From assembly GCA_963717505.1 (NCBI GenBank), contig OY970342.1, positions 1,664,001-1,728,000 on the forward strand: a stretch of 64,000 nt of DNA, read 5' to 3'. The notes beneath the pieces were generated by a model. It did no database searches, was not told the origin of the DNA, and saw only the letters and a program-made list of their open reading frames with translations. The stretch comes from Candidatus Eiseniibacteriota bacterium (GTDB lineage: Bacteria > Eisenbacteria > RBG-16-71-46). The position numbers and the translations under genes are program-made. Each line of letters starts with the position of its first letter. Within the stretch, counting starts at the first letter, position 1. Below are positions 29,765-38,306 of this stretch, piece by piece.

Positions 29765-30562
29765 ATGGCCACGAAGCGAAAGAGCACCGCCCGCACCAGC
29801 ACCGCCCGTACGGCCGGACGAGCCACTCGTTCCACCAGCGCCGCGAGCCGCACGCGTCCCGCGGCGGCTTCGGCACGCAAGACGTCGAGCAAGGATCGCG
29901 GCAAGGCTCAGAAGAGCGGACCCGCGCCCAAGCCCGGCCGTCCGACCGGCAAAGCTCCCGCGCGTCCGGCCGCGCCGGTGGCTTCGAGCAAGCGCAAGCC
30001 CGCCGTCGCCGCGAAAGTCGTCAAACCGGCCGTAGCTCCCAAACCCGTGGTTCGGCCGCTCGGAGTGCTGCCTCCGCAGCACCAGGCGAGAACCACTCAT
30101 CGTTCGGCCCCGGCGGCCGTGGTTCGTCCACGGCAGACCGCACCGATGCCGGCCCCACCCCAGGAAACCACACCCGTGACGGAACCGGATCTCAAGGATC
30201 TCGAAGTGCGGCTGCTCGACGAGCGTCGCCGGATTCTCAAGGAAATGGGACACCTCGAAACCACGGTGCTCAAGGTCAATCCGCGTGACAGCGCGGGCGA
30301 CCTGTCGGGCTATTCGTTCCACATGGCGGATGCCGGCACCGATGCGATGGAGCGCGAGAAAGCGTTCCTGTTCGCATCGACCGAAGGGCGTGCCCTGATG
30401 GAGATCAACGATGCTCTGCGCCGCCTCTATCGCGGCGAATATGGCGCCTGCGAGTCGTGTGGCCAGCCGATCCCGCGCGGGCGGCTGGAAGCCGTGCCGC
30501 ACGCTCGCCTGTGCATTGCCTGCAAAGAGAAGGAGGAGCGGAGCCAGCGGAGCACGACATGA
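29765..30562 (+). CDS. TraR/DksA family C4 zinc-finger protein with basic low-complexity N-terminal extension
   Basis: HMADAGTDAMERE coiled-coil tip, CESC...RLEAVPHARLCIAC, and AGGAGG SD. Confidence 0.9.
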   Translation: MATKRKSTARTSTARTAGRATRSTSAASRTRPAAASARKTSSKDRGKAQKSGPAPKPGRPTGKAPARPAAPVASSKRKPAVAAKVVKPAVAPKPVVRPLGVLPPQHQARTTHRSAPAAVVRPRQTAPMPAPPQETTPVTEPDLKDLEVRLLDERRRILKEMGHLETTVLKVNPRDSAGDLSGYSFHMADAGTDAMEREKAFLFASTEGRALMEINDALRRLYRGEYGACESCGQPIPRGRLEAVPHARLCIACKEKEERSQRSTT

Positions 30563-31143
30563 TCCGTTCGGTTTCCCTGTTGGTCCTGGTTTCGAGTCTG
30601 GTGCTCGCGCTCGATCAATGGACCAAGCGCTGGGCGACGGAGCACCTGGAATTCCGGCCGCCGGTCCCCCTGCTCGGCGAATTCCTCCAGCTGACCTACA
30701 CGCGAAATTCGGGCGTCGCCTTCGGTCTCGGAGCCGGGCTGGGATTCCCGTACTACGTCTTCTCGATTGCCGCGGCCGGCGTGATCGTGTGGTTGTTCCT
30801 GCGGGGTCGGGTGACCGGAATCGGCCGCCAGCTCGCGCTCGCGCTGATTCTCGGTGGTGCACTCGGAAATCTCGTGGACCGGCTCAAGACCGGCGAGGTC
30901 GTGGATTTCATCCAGATCCTGTGGGGGCGCTTCCCGGTGTTCAACATCGCCGACACCGCCGTGTCGGTGGGCGTGGCCTGGATGGCCTGGTCGTGGACGA
31001 AGCGGAGCCGAACCGACGCGGCGGGCTCCGAGGACGAATCGCATGAACAACCCTCCGACCCTGGAGCTCACGGTGACCGATCCGGTCCGCGAGGAGCGCT
31101 TGGATCGCTTCCTGGCGATGGCTCAGGCGGATCTGTCGCGTAG
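30559..31143 (+). CDS. lspA: lipoprotein signal peptidase II
   Basis: LDQWTK, NSGVAFG, GGALGNLVDR, VVDFI and FNIAD motifs. The 3' end overlaps rluD. Confidence 0.95.
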   Translation: MIRSVSLLVLVSSLVLALDQWTKRWATEHLEFRPPVPLLGEFLQLTYTRNSGVAFGLGAGLGFPYYVFSIAAAGVIVWLFLRGRVTGIGRQLALALILGGALGNLVDRLKTGEVVDFIQILWGRFPVFNIADTAVSVGVAWMAWSWTKRSRTDAAGSEDESHEQPSDPGAHGDRSGPRGALGSLPGDGSGGSVA

Positions 31144-32038
31144 CCGTCTCCAGGCGCTGATCCGAACCGGCCACGTGCGCGTGAACGGTGTGGTGGCGCG
31201 CGCCGCGCATCGGCTGCGGCCGGGCGATCGAATCCAGGTCGTCATCCCCGAAGTCCCGTTGCCTCGTCTCGAACCCGAGGATCGGCCGCTCGACATCGTC
31301 TTCGAGGACGCGGACGTGATCGTGCTCGACAAGCCGGCGGGCTGGGTGGTCCATCCGGGCGCGGGTGTGCGCTCCGGCACCATGGTCCACGCATTGCTCC
31401 ACTACGCTCCCGAGATCGCAGGCGTCGGAGGCGCTGGACGCCCAGGCATCGTCCATCGACTCGACAAAGACACATCGGGACTCATGGTGGTGGCCCGCAG
31501 CGAACGCGCCTATCGGTCGCTGGTCGCTGCCATTCAAGCCCGGCGCATGCGGCGCGTGTACCACGCCCTGGCCTGGGGGGAACCCAGGGCCGACACCGGC
31601 CTCCTGGAAACCGGCTTCGGGCGTGACCCGCGCCAGCGCCAACGCATGGCGGTAGTTCAGGGCAGCGCCCGATCCGCCCGCACCCACTGGCGCGTGTTGG
31701 AGCGACATGGAATCGCCACGCTCTTCGAAGTCCGGCTCGACACCGGCCGCACGCACCAGATCCGCGTTCATCTGGCACACTTGGGCCATCCCGTGGTCGG
31801 GGATGCCGTCTACGGGGGTGGCAGAAAGCAGTTGAGGGGCTCCGCCGGCCAGCGTAGCCTCGCAGCGGCGCTGCTCGACGCTCTCGGCCGGCAGGCACTG
31901 CACGCGGTGGAGGTCGGATTCGAGCATCCTGTGACTGGAGCGCCGCTCCGATTCACCAGACCGGTACCCGAGGACTTCGGGCACGCCCTCGACCTGCTGC
32001 GGTCGTCGACCGCGGGCACGGCCGGGTCGTCGACCTGA
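31043..32038 (+). CDS. rluD: RluA family 23S rRNA pseudouridine synthase (RluD-like)
   Basis: N-terminal S4 domain (RLDRFL), RPGIVHRLDKDTSG, TGRTHQIRVH and RQALHA motifs. Confidence 0.93.
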   Translation: MNNPPTLELTVTDPVREERLDRFLAMAQADLSRSRLQALIRTGHVRVNGVVARAAHRLRPGDRIQVVIPEVPLPRLEPEDRPLDIVFEDADVIVLDKPAGWVVHPGAGVRSGTMVHALLHYAPEIAGVGGAGRPGIVHRLDKDTSGLMVVARSERAYRSLVAAIQARRMRRVYHALAWGEPRADTGLLETGFGRDPRQRQRMAVVQGSARSARTHWRVLERHGIATLFEVRLDTGRTHQIRVHLAHLGHPVVGDAVYGGGRKQLRGSAGQRSLAAALLDALGRQALHAVEVGFEHPVTGAPLRFTRPVPEDFGHALDLLRSSTAGTAGSST

Positions 32039-32047
32039 GAACGCGTT

Positions 32048-32491
32048 ATGCCCGCTATAGATCCCGAGGTCTTCCGCCTCCGCATGCCGAGTCGCCTCGA
32101 GCTGTTGTCCGTGGTGGACGCGCTCGCAACCTCCCTGTGTAGCCGGATGGACTTCGATGCCGATACCACGTCCCAGGTGACGACCTCGGTCATCGAAGCC
32201 GGAACCAACGCCATACAGCACGGACACCAGCGCAACGCTTCGCTGCCGGTGGACATGACGTTCTCGCTGTTTGGCGACCGGCTGGAGGTCGACGTCGTGG
32301 ACACGGGACCGGGCTTCAACCCGGATTCCCTCAACGGAGACGTGACCTCGCCGGAGCACTTGTTCGATGCCCGCGGGCGCGGAATCTTCATCATGCGGAC
32401 GTGCATGGACGAAGTGGATTTTCGGTTCACCCCTTCGGGGACGATCTGCCACCTGGTGAAGCGCCGGCCGGCCGCGAGCTCTGCGGGCTGA
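32048..32491 (+). CDS. RsbW-like anti-sigma factor / HATPase_c serine kinase
   Basis: EAGTNAIQHG, DTGPGF and GRGIFIMR..MDEV motifs. Confidence 0.88.
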   Translation: MPAIDPEVFRLRMPSRLELLSVVDALATSLCSRMDFDADTTSQVTTSVIEAGTNAIQHGHQRNASLPVDMTFSLFGDRLEVDVVDTGPGFNPDSLNGDVTSPEHLFDARGRGIFIMRTCMDEVDFRFTPSGTICHLVKRRPAASSAG

Positions 32492-32502
32492 TCGTCGAAG
32501 CA

Positions 32503-32934
32503 TTGACACGCATTCTCGCCGTCGACTGGGGCGAGCGCCGAATCGGCCTCGCGGTCAGCGATCCTGGGCGCGTTCTCGCGACCGGGCTCGAGACGCTCGA
32601 GGTCCGCTCTCCCGAGGATGCGGTCGCCCGAGTCGCCGCCACCGTGAGCGAGACCGAGGCCTCGAGGGTGGTGGTCGGGCTGCCGTTGCTCCTCTCCGGG
32701 GAACGTGGTGCCGCGGCCCGTGCCGCCGAACAGTTCGCCGACGCGCTGGCGCGCGCGGTCGCCGTACCGGTCGAGACCTACGATGAGCGCCTGACCTCGG
32801 CGTTGAGCAGCCGCCGCATGCGCGAGGTCGGTCAACGTCCGGGACGGTTGCGCGCGCGGGTCGATCAGGGTGCCGCGATCGCGTTGCTCGAGTCGTTCCT
32901 CCAGCGCCTGCGGCATCGCGAGGGCGGCGTCTGA
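32503..32934 (+). CDS. ruvX: Holliday junction resolvase-like protein RuvX/YqgF
   Basis: ILAVDWGERRIGLAVSD, VVVGLP, DERLTS and VDQGAAIALL motifs. TTG start is inferred. Confidence 0.93.
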   Translation: MTRILAVDWGERRIGLAVSDPGRVLATGLETLEVRSPEDAVARVAATVSETEASRVVVGLPLLLSGERGAAARAAEQFADALARAVAVPVETYDERLTSALSSRRMREVGQRPGRLRARVDQGAAIALLESFLQRLRHREGGV

Positions 32935-34058
32935 TGCCGGCGCGCCGTCGAGTGGCACCCGCCTCCGGGCGCATGTTCCGCCCACGACGCTGGGCGCTCG
33001 TGTTCCTGCTGCTCGCCGGCGCCGTGGTGGCCGCGCACCTGCTGTTGCCCGCGGGCCCCTTCCCTCCCGACGAGCGGCGCGTGGTCATCGTCCAACGTGG
33101 ACAGACCCTGCGCGAGGTGGCCACGGAGCTCGAGCGGGTCGGGCTGATTCGCGGCACGCTGGGCTTTCAGGTGCTCGCCCGGTTGATGCGCCTCGATCGC
33201 GACATCAAGGCCGGTCAGTACTCGTTTCGCATGGGCTCGACCGTGCCGAGTCTGTTGCGAGCGCTCGCGCGCGGCATGAGCGGCCTCAATCTGGTGACGA
33301 TCGCCGAAGGACTCACGGCGCGCCAGGTCATCGCCCGGCTGTCCACGCACCTCGGGGTGCCGGAAGCCGCGTTCGATTCGCTGGCGAGAGATCGCGCGTT
33401 CCTCGATTCACTGGGCATCGCGGCGCCGACGATCGAAGGCTACCTGGCGCCCGACAGCTACGAATTCCTGCCGGGAACCTCGCCCGAGGTCGCGTTCCGC
33501 ACCATGGCGGTGCGTGCCCAGGGGATCCTGCTCGAGGCGGCGGCCGGACGGGATTCGCTGCCGCACTCGCTCTCGCTCCACGAGATCCTGACCCTGGCCT
33601 CGATCGTGGAATGCGAAGTGCAGGTGGGAATCGAGCGGCCCCGGGTCGCTCGCGTCTACCTCAACCGCATCGGCCGCGGCATGAGGCTGCAGGCCGATCC
33701 CACCGTGGCCTACGGCGCAGGAATGCCGCCGCGCTCGCGCGTGCTCCATCGGCATCTGCGGATCGAGTCGCCGTACAACACGTACCTGCACGAGGGCCTG
33801 CCCCCCGGCCCCATCTGCAATCCGGGTCGCGCGAGCGTTCAGGCCTCGCTCGATCCTTCGGAGGAGTCGGACGAGCTCTACTTCGTCGCGGATGGAACCG
33901 GGCGGCATCGGTTCGCGACCACCTACGAGGAACACCTGGCGAACATTCGTGAAATCCGCGGGCCGGGGGGCCTGGGGGACCCCGACAGCCGCGTCGACAC
34001 GCTCGCGGTTCGCAAGGTGCGGGCTCGAGCCGCGAGTGCTAGGCTCTCGGCCCCGTGA
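32934..34058 (+). CDS. mltG: endolytic transglycosylase MltG
   Basis: EGYLAPDSY, LASIVECE, LQADPT, SPYNTY...GLPPGPICNPG and LYFVA motifs. Confidence 0.95.
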   Translation: MPARRRVAPASGRMFRPRRWALVFLLLAGAVVAAHLLLPAGPFPPDERRVVIVQRGQTLREVATELERVGLIRGTLGFQVLARLMRLDRDIKAGQYSFRMGSTVPSLLRALARGMSGLNLVTIAEGLTARQVIARLSTHLGVPEAAFDSLARDRAFLDSLGIAAPTIEGYLAPDSYEFLPGTSPEVAFRTMAVRAQGILLEAAAGRDSLPHSLSLHEILTLASIVECEVQVGIERPRVARVYLNRIGRGMRLQADPTVAYGAGMPPRSRVLHRHLRIESPYNTYLHEGLPPGPICNPGRASVQASLDPSEESDELYFVADGTGRHRFATTYEEHLANIREIRGPGGLGDPDSRVDTLAVRKVRARAASARLSAP

Positions 34059-35008
34059 GCCCATCGCAGACCCCCGACCTCATTCAGATCGTTCCTTCGG
34101 ATTCCCGCACGCGAGTTTCACCGGACACCGCCGGCGACGACGCCGAGCCGGTCGCGGACTGGACCGGTCTCCTGGCCCGGCTCCGAGCCGCGGTCGGCAA
34201 ACTCGGGTCGGCCGTGGTCGCGTACTCCGGCGGCGTGGACTCGAGCGTCGTTCTCAGAGTGGCGGTCGAGCAGCTCGGGGACCGAGCCCTCGGCGTGATC
34301 GGTCGGTCGGACTCCTACGCCCTCCACGAGTTGAACCTGGCCCTGGACCAGGCTGCCGCCTTTGGAGCCCGGGTCGAGACGGTCGCGACCGGCGAGCTGT
34401 CGGACCCGACCTTCCGCGCCAACCCACTGGACCGTTGCTACCACTGCAAGACCGAGCTGTATCGCAAGTTGGCCGAGATCTCCCGTCGCGAAGGGGGGGC
34501 CGTGATCCTCGACGGCACCATTCGAGACGACCTTGCGGACTGGCGTCCGGGGCGGCGTGCGGCGAGCGAACACGGGGTGCAGTCGCCTTTGGCCGAGCTG
34601 GGGTTCACCAAGGACACGGTTCGCCTCGTAGCCCATCACCTGGGCCTCGCGAGCCAGGACAAGCCGGCAGCGCCCTGTCTGGCCTCGCGAATCCCTTACG
34701 GCACCGAGATCTCCCCCGAGAACCTGGCGATGGTGGGGGGCGGCGAGGAACTGCTGAGACGCCTCGGATTCCGGGAGCTCCGGGTGAGGCACCACGGCAC
34801 GGTTGCCCGAATCGAGGTTGCTCCAAGCGAGTTCGGGAAGATCCTCGACCCGGGGTGCCGGGAAGCGCTGATCGGCGGTCTCAAAGCGCTCGGATATCGA
34901 CACGTGGCTCTGGATCTCGAGGGCTTCCGTTCAGGCAGCCTCAATCCTGATTCGGTCCGGCAACCCCGGAACAAAGACGGAACCGCACCCCACGAGCGGG
35001 GGATATAA
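34055..35008 (+). CDS. larE: ATP-dependent sacrificial sulfur transferase LarE family
   Basis: AYSGGVDS, RCYHCK, RPGRRA, CLASRIPYG, LRVRHHG and GFRSGSLN motifs. Confidence 0.92.
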   Translation: MSPSQTPDLIQIVPSDSRTRVSPDTAGDDAEPVADWTGLLARLRAAVGKLGSAVVAYSGGVDSSVVLRVAVEQLGDRALGVIGRSDSYALHELNLALDQAAAFGARVETVATGELSDPTFRANPLDRCYHCKTELYRKLAEISRREGGAVILDGTIRDDLADWRPGRRAASEHGVQSPLAELGFTKDTVRLVAHHLGLASQDKPAAPCLASRIPYGTEISPENLAMVGGGEELLRRLGFRELRVRHHGTVARIEVAPSEFGKILDPGCREALIGGLKALGYRHVALDLEGFRSGSLNPDSVRQPRNKDGTAPHERGI

Positions 35009-35163
35009 CCCGTGCGCCCCAAGGTGGCGGTGGCACAGGAAGCGATCCTCGCTGGGATCGTGGTAGCCCGGGCCGTCAGTTCCGGACATGCCGATGATCT
35101 CGCGCCGATCGCAAGGCCCGAGAACTTCGGCATTTCGCATTTCGGGGGCAGGGGAGAAGCAGA

Positions 35164-35412
35164 ATGGCGCGTCAGGTGACATCGAAGTCCAAGCCCGCTC
35201 GCAGGTCTCAATGGAGCAGCGACCTCGGCTTTACGTGGGGGGTCCCGAACCGGGTTCTCCTCGGAGCCGGAGTGGCGGCGATCGTTTGGGGCTATGTGGC
35301 GTTGTCGAAGGGCTCGATCACCCTCGCACCCCTTCTGCTCGCCGTCGGGTACTGCGTACTCATCCCGGCATCCCTGCTCATCCGTTCAGGCGAAGAGGCC
35401 TCGGGCGAATAG
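35164..35412 (+). CDS. small two-TM membrane protein (DUF3098-like)
   Basis: GGAG SD, two hydrophobic helices and the motif SITLAPLLLAVGY. Stop codon lies inside tRNA-Val. Confidence 0.7.
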   Translation: MARQVTSKSKPARRSQWSSDLGFTWGVPNRVLLGAGVAAIVWGYVALSKGSITLAPLLLAVGYCVLIPASLLIRSGEEASGE

Positions 35413-35478
35413 CTCAGCTGGCAGAGCACTTGCCTTACAAGCAAGGGGTCACAGGTTCGAGCCCTGTTTCGCCCACCA
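35403..35478 (+). tRNA. tRNA-Val(TAC)
   Basis: GGGCGAA acceptor, CTTGC-CTTACAA-GCAAG anticodon arm, GGTTCGAG and encoded CCA. Confidence 0.97.
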
Positions 35479-35571
35479 AAACCTTGGGAAACGCACGGGT
35501 TACGTCAGGGGAAGCCCTGGCCCGTCGACCATGGAGCCACGGAGTTCGCCCCGTCGAAGGGGCAAAAAACC

Positions 35572-35601
35572 TTGACATAGCGAAAGGGCGAACCCTAGAC
35601 T
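35572..35601 (+). promoter_or_regulatory. strong sigma70-type promoter of the secreted-protein array
   Basis: TTGACA-N18-TAGACT, preceded by an A-tract. Confidence 0.75.
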
Positions 35602-35783
35602 TGTGGCCGTCTTGGAACGCCTTGCAGGCGCGACAATTAACGCGCATGCGCCCCGGCTTCGCGAGAAGAGGAATTCGGAAGAGCCTGAAAGGAGGTGGCC
35701 GCAGCCCTACCCGATTGCTCGCAACTCTTGCTTGTGTACGACCTTAAGCATCAGGGGATGACCCACTGTATGGAGGTGCAATA

Positions 35784-36452
35784 ATGACTGGTCTGCTTCG
35801 CAAGGCCACCCTTCTCGCGTGCGGCCTCGCTGTCGCTGCAACGAGCGCGATGGCGGCTGTTCCCAGCCCGGATGATTCGGATGTACCTTGCGGCATCAAC
35901 CTCGTCGGAACGACGGGTGGTGTCGCCGATTCGAAGGGCGAGTTTACGATTGTCGTTCGCGATCTCGCGCAGAACCCGATCGCCGGCAGCTCGGTGGTGA
36001 TCAGCTTCGATGCGTGCGAGATCGATATTCGCGTCTGCTCGGTCCAGCCGTTCTCCGGCGTGGTCGCTGACTGCTTGAGCGGTCCGGTCGGCGAAATCAG
36101 CGCGGTGACGGACGGTGCCGGTACGGTCGTGCTGCGCGTCGTCGGTGGCGCTCGGAACACGGGCGGCGGTGCCCCCGCCGAAGGTTTCAAGTGCGCAACG
36201 GTTTATGCCGATGGTGTGAATCTGACCCTCCCGGTCAGCGGCCTCAATGTCGGCGCCTTCGATGAGAACGGCGCGGGCGGTATCAACCCGGCTGACATCT
36301 CGGTGTGGCTGTCAGACTCCTTCGATGCGGACTTCGAGGGCCGTTCGGACTTCAACTGCTCGAACTCGGCCAACCCGGTCGACTTGGCGCTGCTGCTCAG
36401 CGCGTCGCTCGGCGGTGGATCGGCCACGAGCTGCGCCGCGTACTGCAACTGA
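35784..36452 (+). CDS. secreted Cys-rich protein with Ig-like region and C-terminal dockerin-like paired Ca2+ loops
   Basis: GGAGGT SD and signal peptide (…TSAMA). DENGAGGINPADISVW and DFNCSNSANPVDLALL resemble the duplicated DxNxDGxxNxxD-helix of dockerins. Confidence 0.75.
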   Translation: MTGLLRKATLLACGLAVAATSAMAAVPSPDDSDVPCGINLVGTTGGVADSKGEFTIVVRDLAQNPIAGSSVVISFDACEIDIRVCSVQPFSGVVADCLSGPVGEISAVTDGAGTVVLRVVGGARNTGGGAPAEGFKCATVYADGVNLTLPVSGLNVGAFDENGAGGINPADISVWLSDSFDADFEGRSDFNCSNSANPVDLALLLSASLGGGSATSCAAYCN

Positions 36453-36465
36453 AGTAACAGAATCC

Positions 36466-36494
36466 CGCGAACGCTCCGATGTGGAGCGTTCGCG
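36466..36494 (+). other. intergenic hairpin (12-bp perfect stem, no U-tract)
   Basis: CGCGAACGCTCC-GATGT-GGAGCGTTCGCG. Confidence 0.65.
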
Positions 36495-36630
36495 CCCGGT
36501 GGAGTGAACAACAGCATCCAGCTCTGCATCATCGCGAATCGACATGAAAGGTGGTGATGGCCGACCCACGATGCTTCAGGTCACCCAGGGAGATTTCTCT
36601 CACTAGCTTTTTCGCATCTCGGAGGTAGCA

Positions 36631-37362
36631 ATGAGAAAGTCCATCATCCTGACGGGTGCCATGCTCGCGCTGACGGCGTCCTTTGCCTCGGCCGCCGGCA
36701 TCAACCTGGCCTGGGACGACTGCGGACTCAACGGCACGATGGTCAAGACGGACGCTTGTAACAGCAACACGGGCGCACCGAACATGTTGGTTGCGTCCTT
36801 CGTTCCGCCGTCGAATGTCGTCGAGTTCCTCGGTCTTTCCGCCCAGATCGATATCACGTCGGAATCCGCCACGCTGCCCGATTGGTGGCGTCATGGGACC
36901 GGGCAGTGCCGCAGCACGACCGGTCTGTCGACGGGTTTCGATTTCACGAGTGGTCCGTTCAGCTGCATCGACTTCTACACCGGCGCGGCGGCGGGCGGCT
37001 TCGCGTATGACGTCGGCTATGGTTCGCCGAATCGTGCCCGGCTGCGCATTCAGTGCGCCGTGCCGTTCGAGAACCGCGGTCCGGTGAGCGACGTGGACGA
37101 GCACTACGCGTTCCGCGTCAACCTGCAGCGCGCGAAGACCACCGGTACGGGCAACTGCGCCGGCTGCAACGTACTCTCGTACATCGTCCTGAACTCGATC
37201 CAGCTGTTCCAGCCGCCCGAGCAGAACAACGACCCGGACATCTTCAACCCGGGTGGTGGTTCGATCTGCGCGACGTGGCAGGCGCCTCCGGGCACCCAGT
37301 GCCCGCTGTCGACGCCGACCAGCAAGGCGAGTTGGGGTCAGATCAAGAGCCTGTATCGGTAG
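36631..37362 (+). CDS. secreted Cys-rich beta-protein, paralog 1, C-terminal SWGQIKSLYR
   Basis: GGAGGT SD, signal peptide ASA, family motifs LAWDDC, LPDWW, CxGC and QLFQPPEQ. Confidence 0.88.
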   Translation: MRKSIILTGAMLALTASFASAAGINLAWDDCGLNGTMVKTDACNSNTGAPNMLVASFVPPSNVVEFLGLSAQIDITSESATLPDWWRHGTGQCRSTTGLSTGFDFTSGPFSCIDFYTGAAAGGFAYDVGYGSPNRARLRIQCAVPFENRGPVSDVDEHYAFRVNLQRAKTTGTGNCAGCNVLSYIVLNSIQLFQPPEQNNDPDIFNPGGGSICATWQAPPGTQCPLSTPTSKASWGQIKSLYR

Positions 37363-37419
37363 TTTCTTGGTGTGAGCAACTAGGTCCCCCTTGCAGTTTT
37401 CTTAGCCTGGAGGCTAAAC

Positions 37420-38133
37420 ATGAAGAAGAGCTTGCTTGTCGCAGGAGCGCTCCTGGTGCTTGGAGCAGCCACGGCTTCGGCCCAGCCGGGCACCATCGGT
37501 CTCGCCTGGAACGACTGTGCCGGCCCGACCACCCAGACGTTCGCCTGCAATTCGAACGCGGGCGCGCCGTTTACGCTCGTCGGTTCGTTCACGCCGTCGA
37601 CCGAGCTGCCTGAGTTCCTCGGCATCTCGGTCGACATCAACATCCAGTTCCCGAACGTGGCGACGGTTCCCGACTGGTGGCAGCATGGCGCTGGTCTGTG
37701 CCGCGGCACGACCGGCATTGCCACCAACTTCGACTTCACCAGTGGTCCGTTCACCTGCCTCGACTTCTACGTCGGCGCGGCGGCGGGCGGCTTCGCGTAT
37801 GACGTCGGCTACGGTGCCGCGAATCGTTCGCGCCTGCGCATTCAGTTGGCAGTGCCGTTCGAGAACCGTGGCTTCATCGATCAGTCGGCGGAGTGGTACG
37901 CCTTCAAGGTGAACCTGCTCCGTGCGAAGACGACGGGCACGGGCTCGTGCGTGGGTTGCATGGAAGCGACCAACGTCGTGCTCGACGAGATCCAGCTGTT
38001 CCAGCCGCCGGAGCAGAACAACGACCCGCGGATCAGTGCGCCCAGCGCAGCGGGCAACACGGCTGGCTACCAGGCGGGCCCGACCCCGGTCAGGAATGCG
38101 ACCTGGGGCCAGGTGAAGAGCCTGTACCGGTAG
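37420..38133 (+). CDS. secreted Cys-rich beta-protein, paralog 2, C-terminal TWGQVKSLYR
   Basis: GGAGG SD, signal peptide, clear homology to paralog 1. Confidence 0.88.
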   Translation: MKKSLLVAGALLVLGAATASAQPGTIGLAWNDCAGPTTQTFACNSNAGAPFTLVGSFTPSTELPEFLGISVDINIQFPNVATVPDWWQHGAGLCRGTTGIATNFDFTSGPFTCLDFYVGAAAGGFAYDVGYGAANRSRLRIQLAVPFENRGFIDQSAEWYAFKVNLLRAKTTGTGSCVGCMEATNVVLDEIQLFQPPEQNNDPRISAPSAAGNTAGYQAGPTPVRNATWGQVKSLYR

Positions 38134-38161
38134 TTTCGTTGTAGCAGAAGGGCTTCAATCT

Positions 38162-38200
38162 TCGGGGCGACCGATCCCACGCGGTCGCCCCGATTCTTTG
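38162..38200 (+). terminator. intrinsic terminator after paralog 2
   Basis: TCGGGGCGACCG-loop-CGGTCGCCCCGA followed by TTCTTTG. Confidence 0.75.
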
Positions 38201-38306
38201 TGGGTCTGATGCGGTGGCGATTCGGGTGAGGAACCTCGATCAGCGGGCTCGCTCGATCGCCAGTGTGCTGCTACCATCGGGCGACCGGGCGCAAGGGGAA
38301 GTATCC

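Noticed and set aside
34055-35008. larE without larA/larB/larC
   Set aside because: Stand-alone LarE homologues are common, and partners may lie elsewhere in the genome.
35555-35640. Possible c-di-GMP-I riboswitch (GGCAAA...CGAAAG)
   Set aside because: The required P1/P2 pairings are not evident, and the segment is better explained as the -35/-10 promoter.
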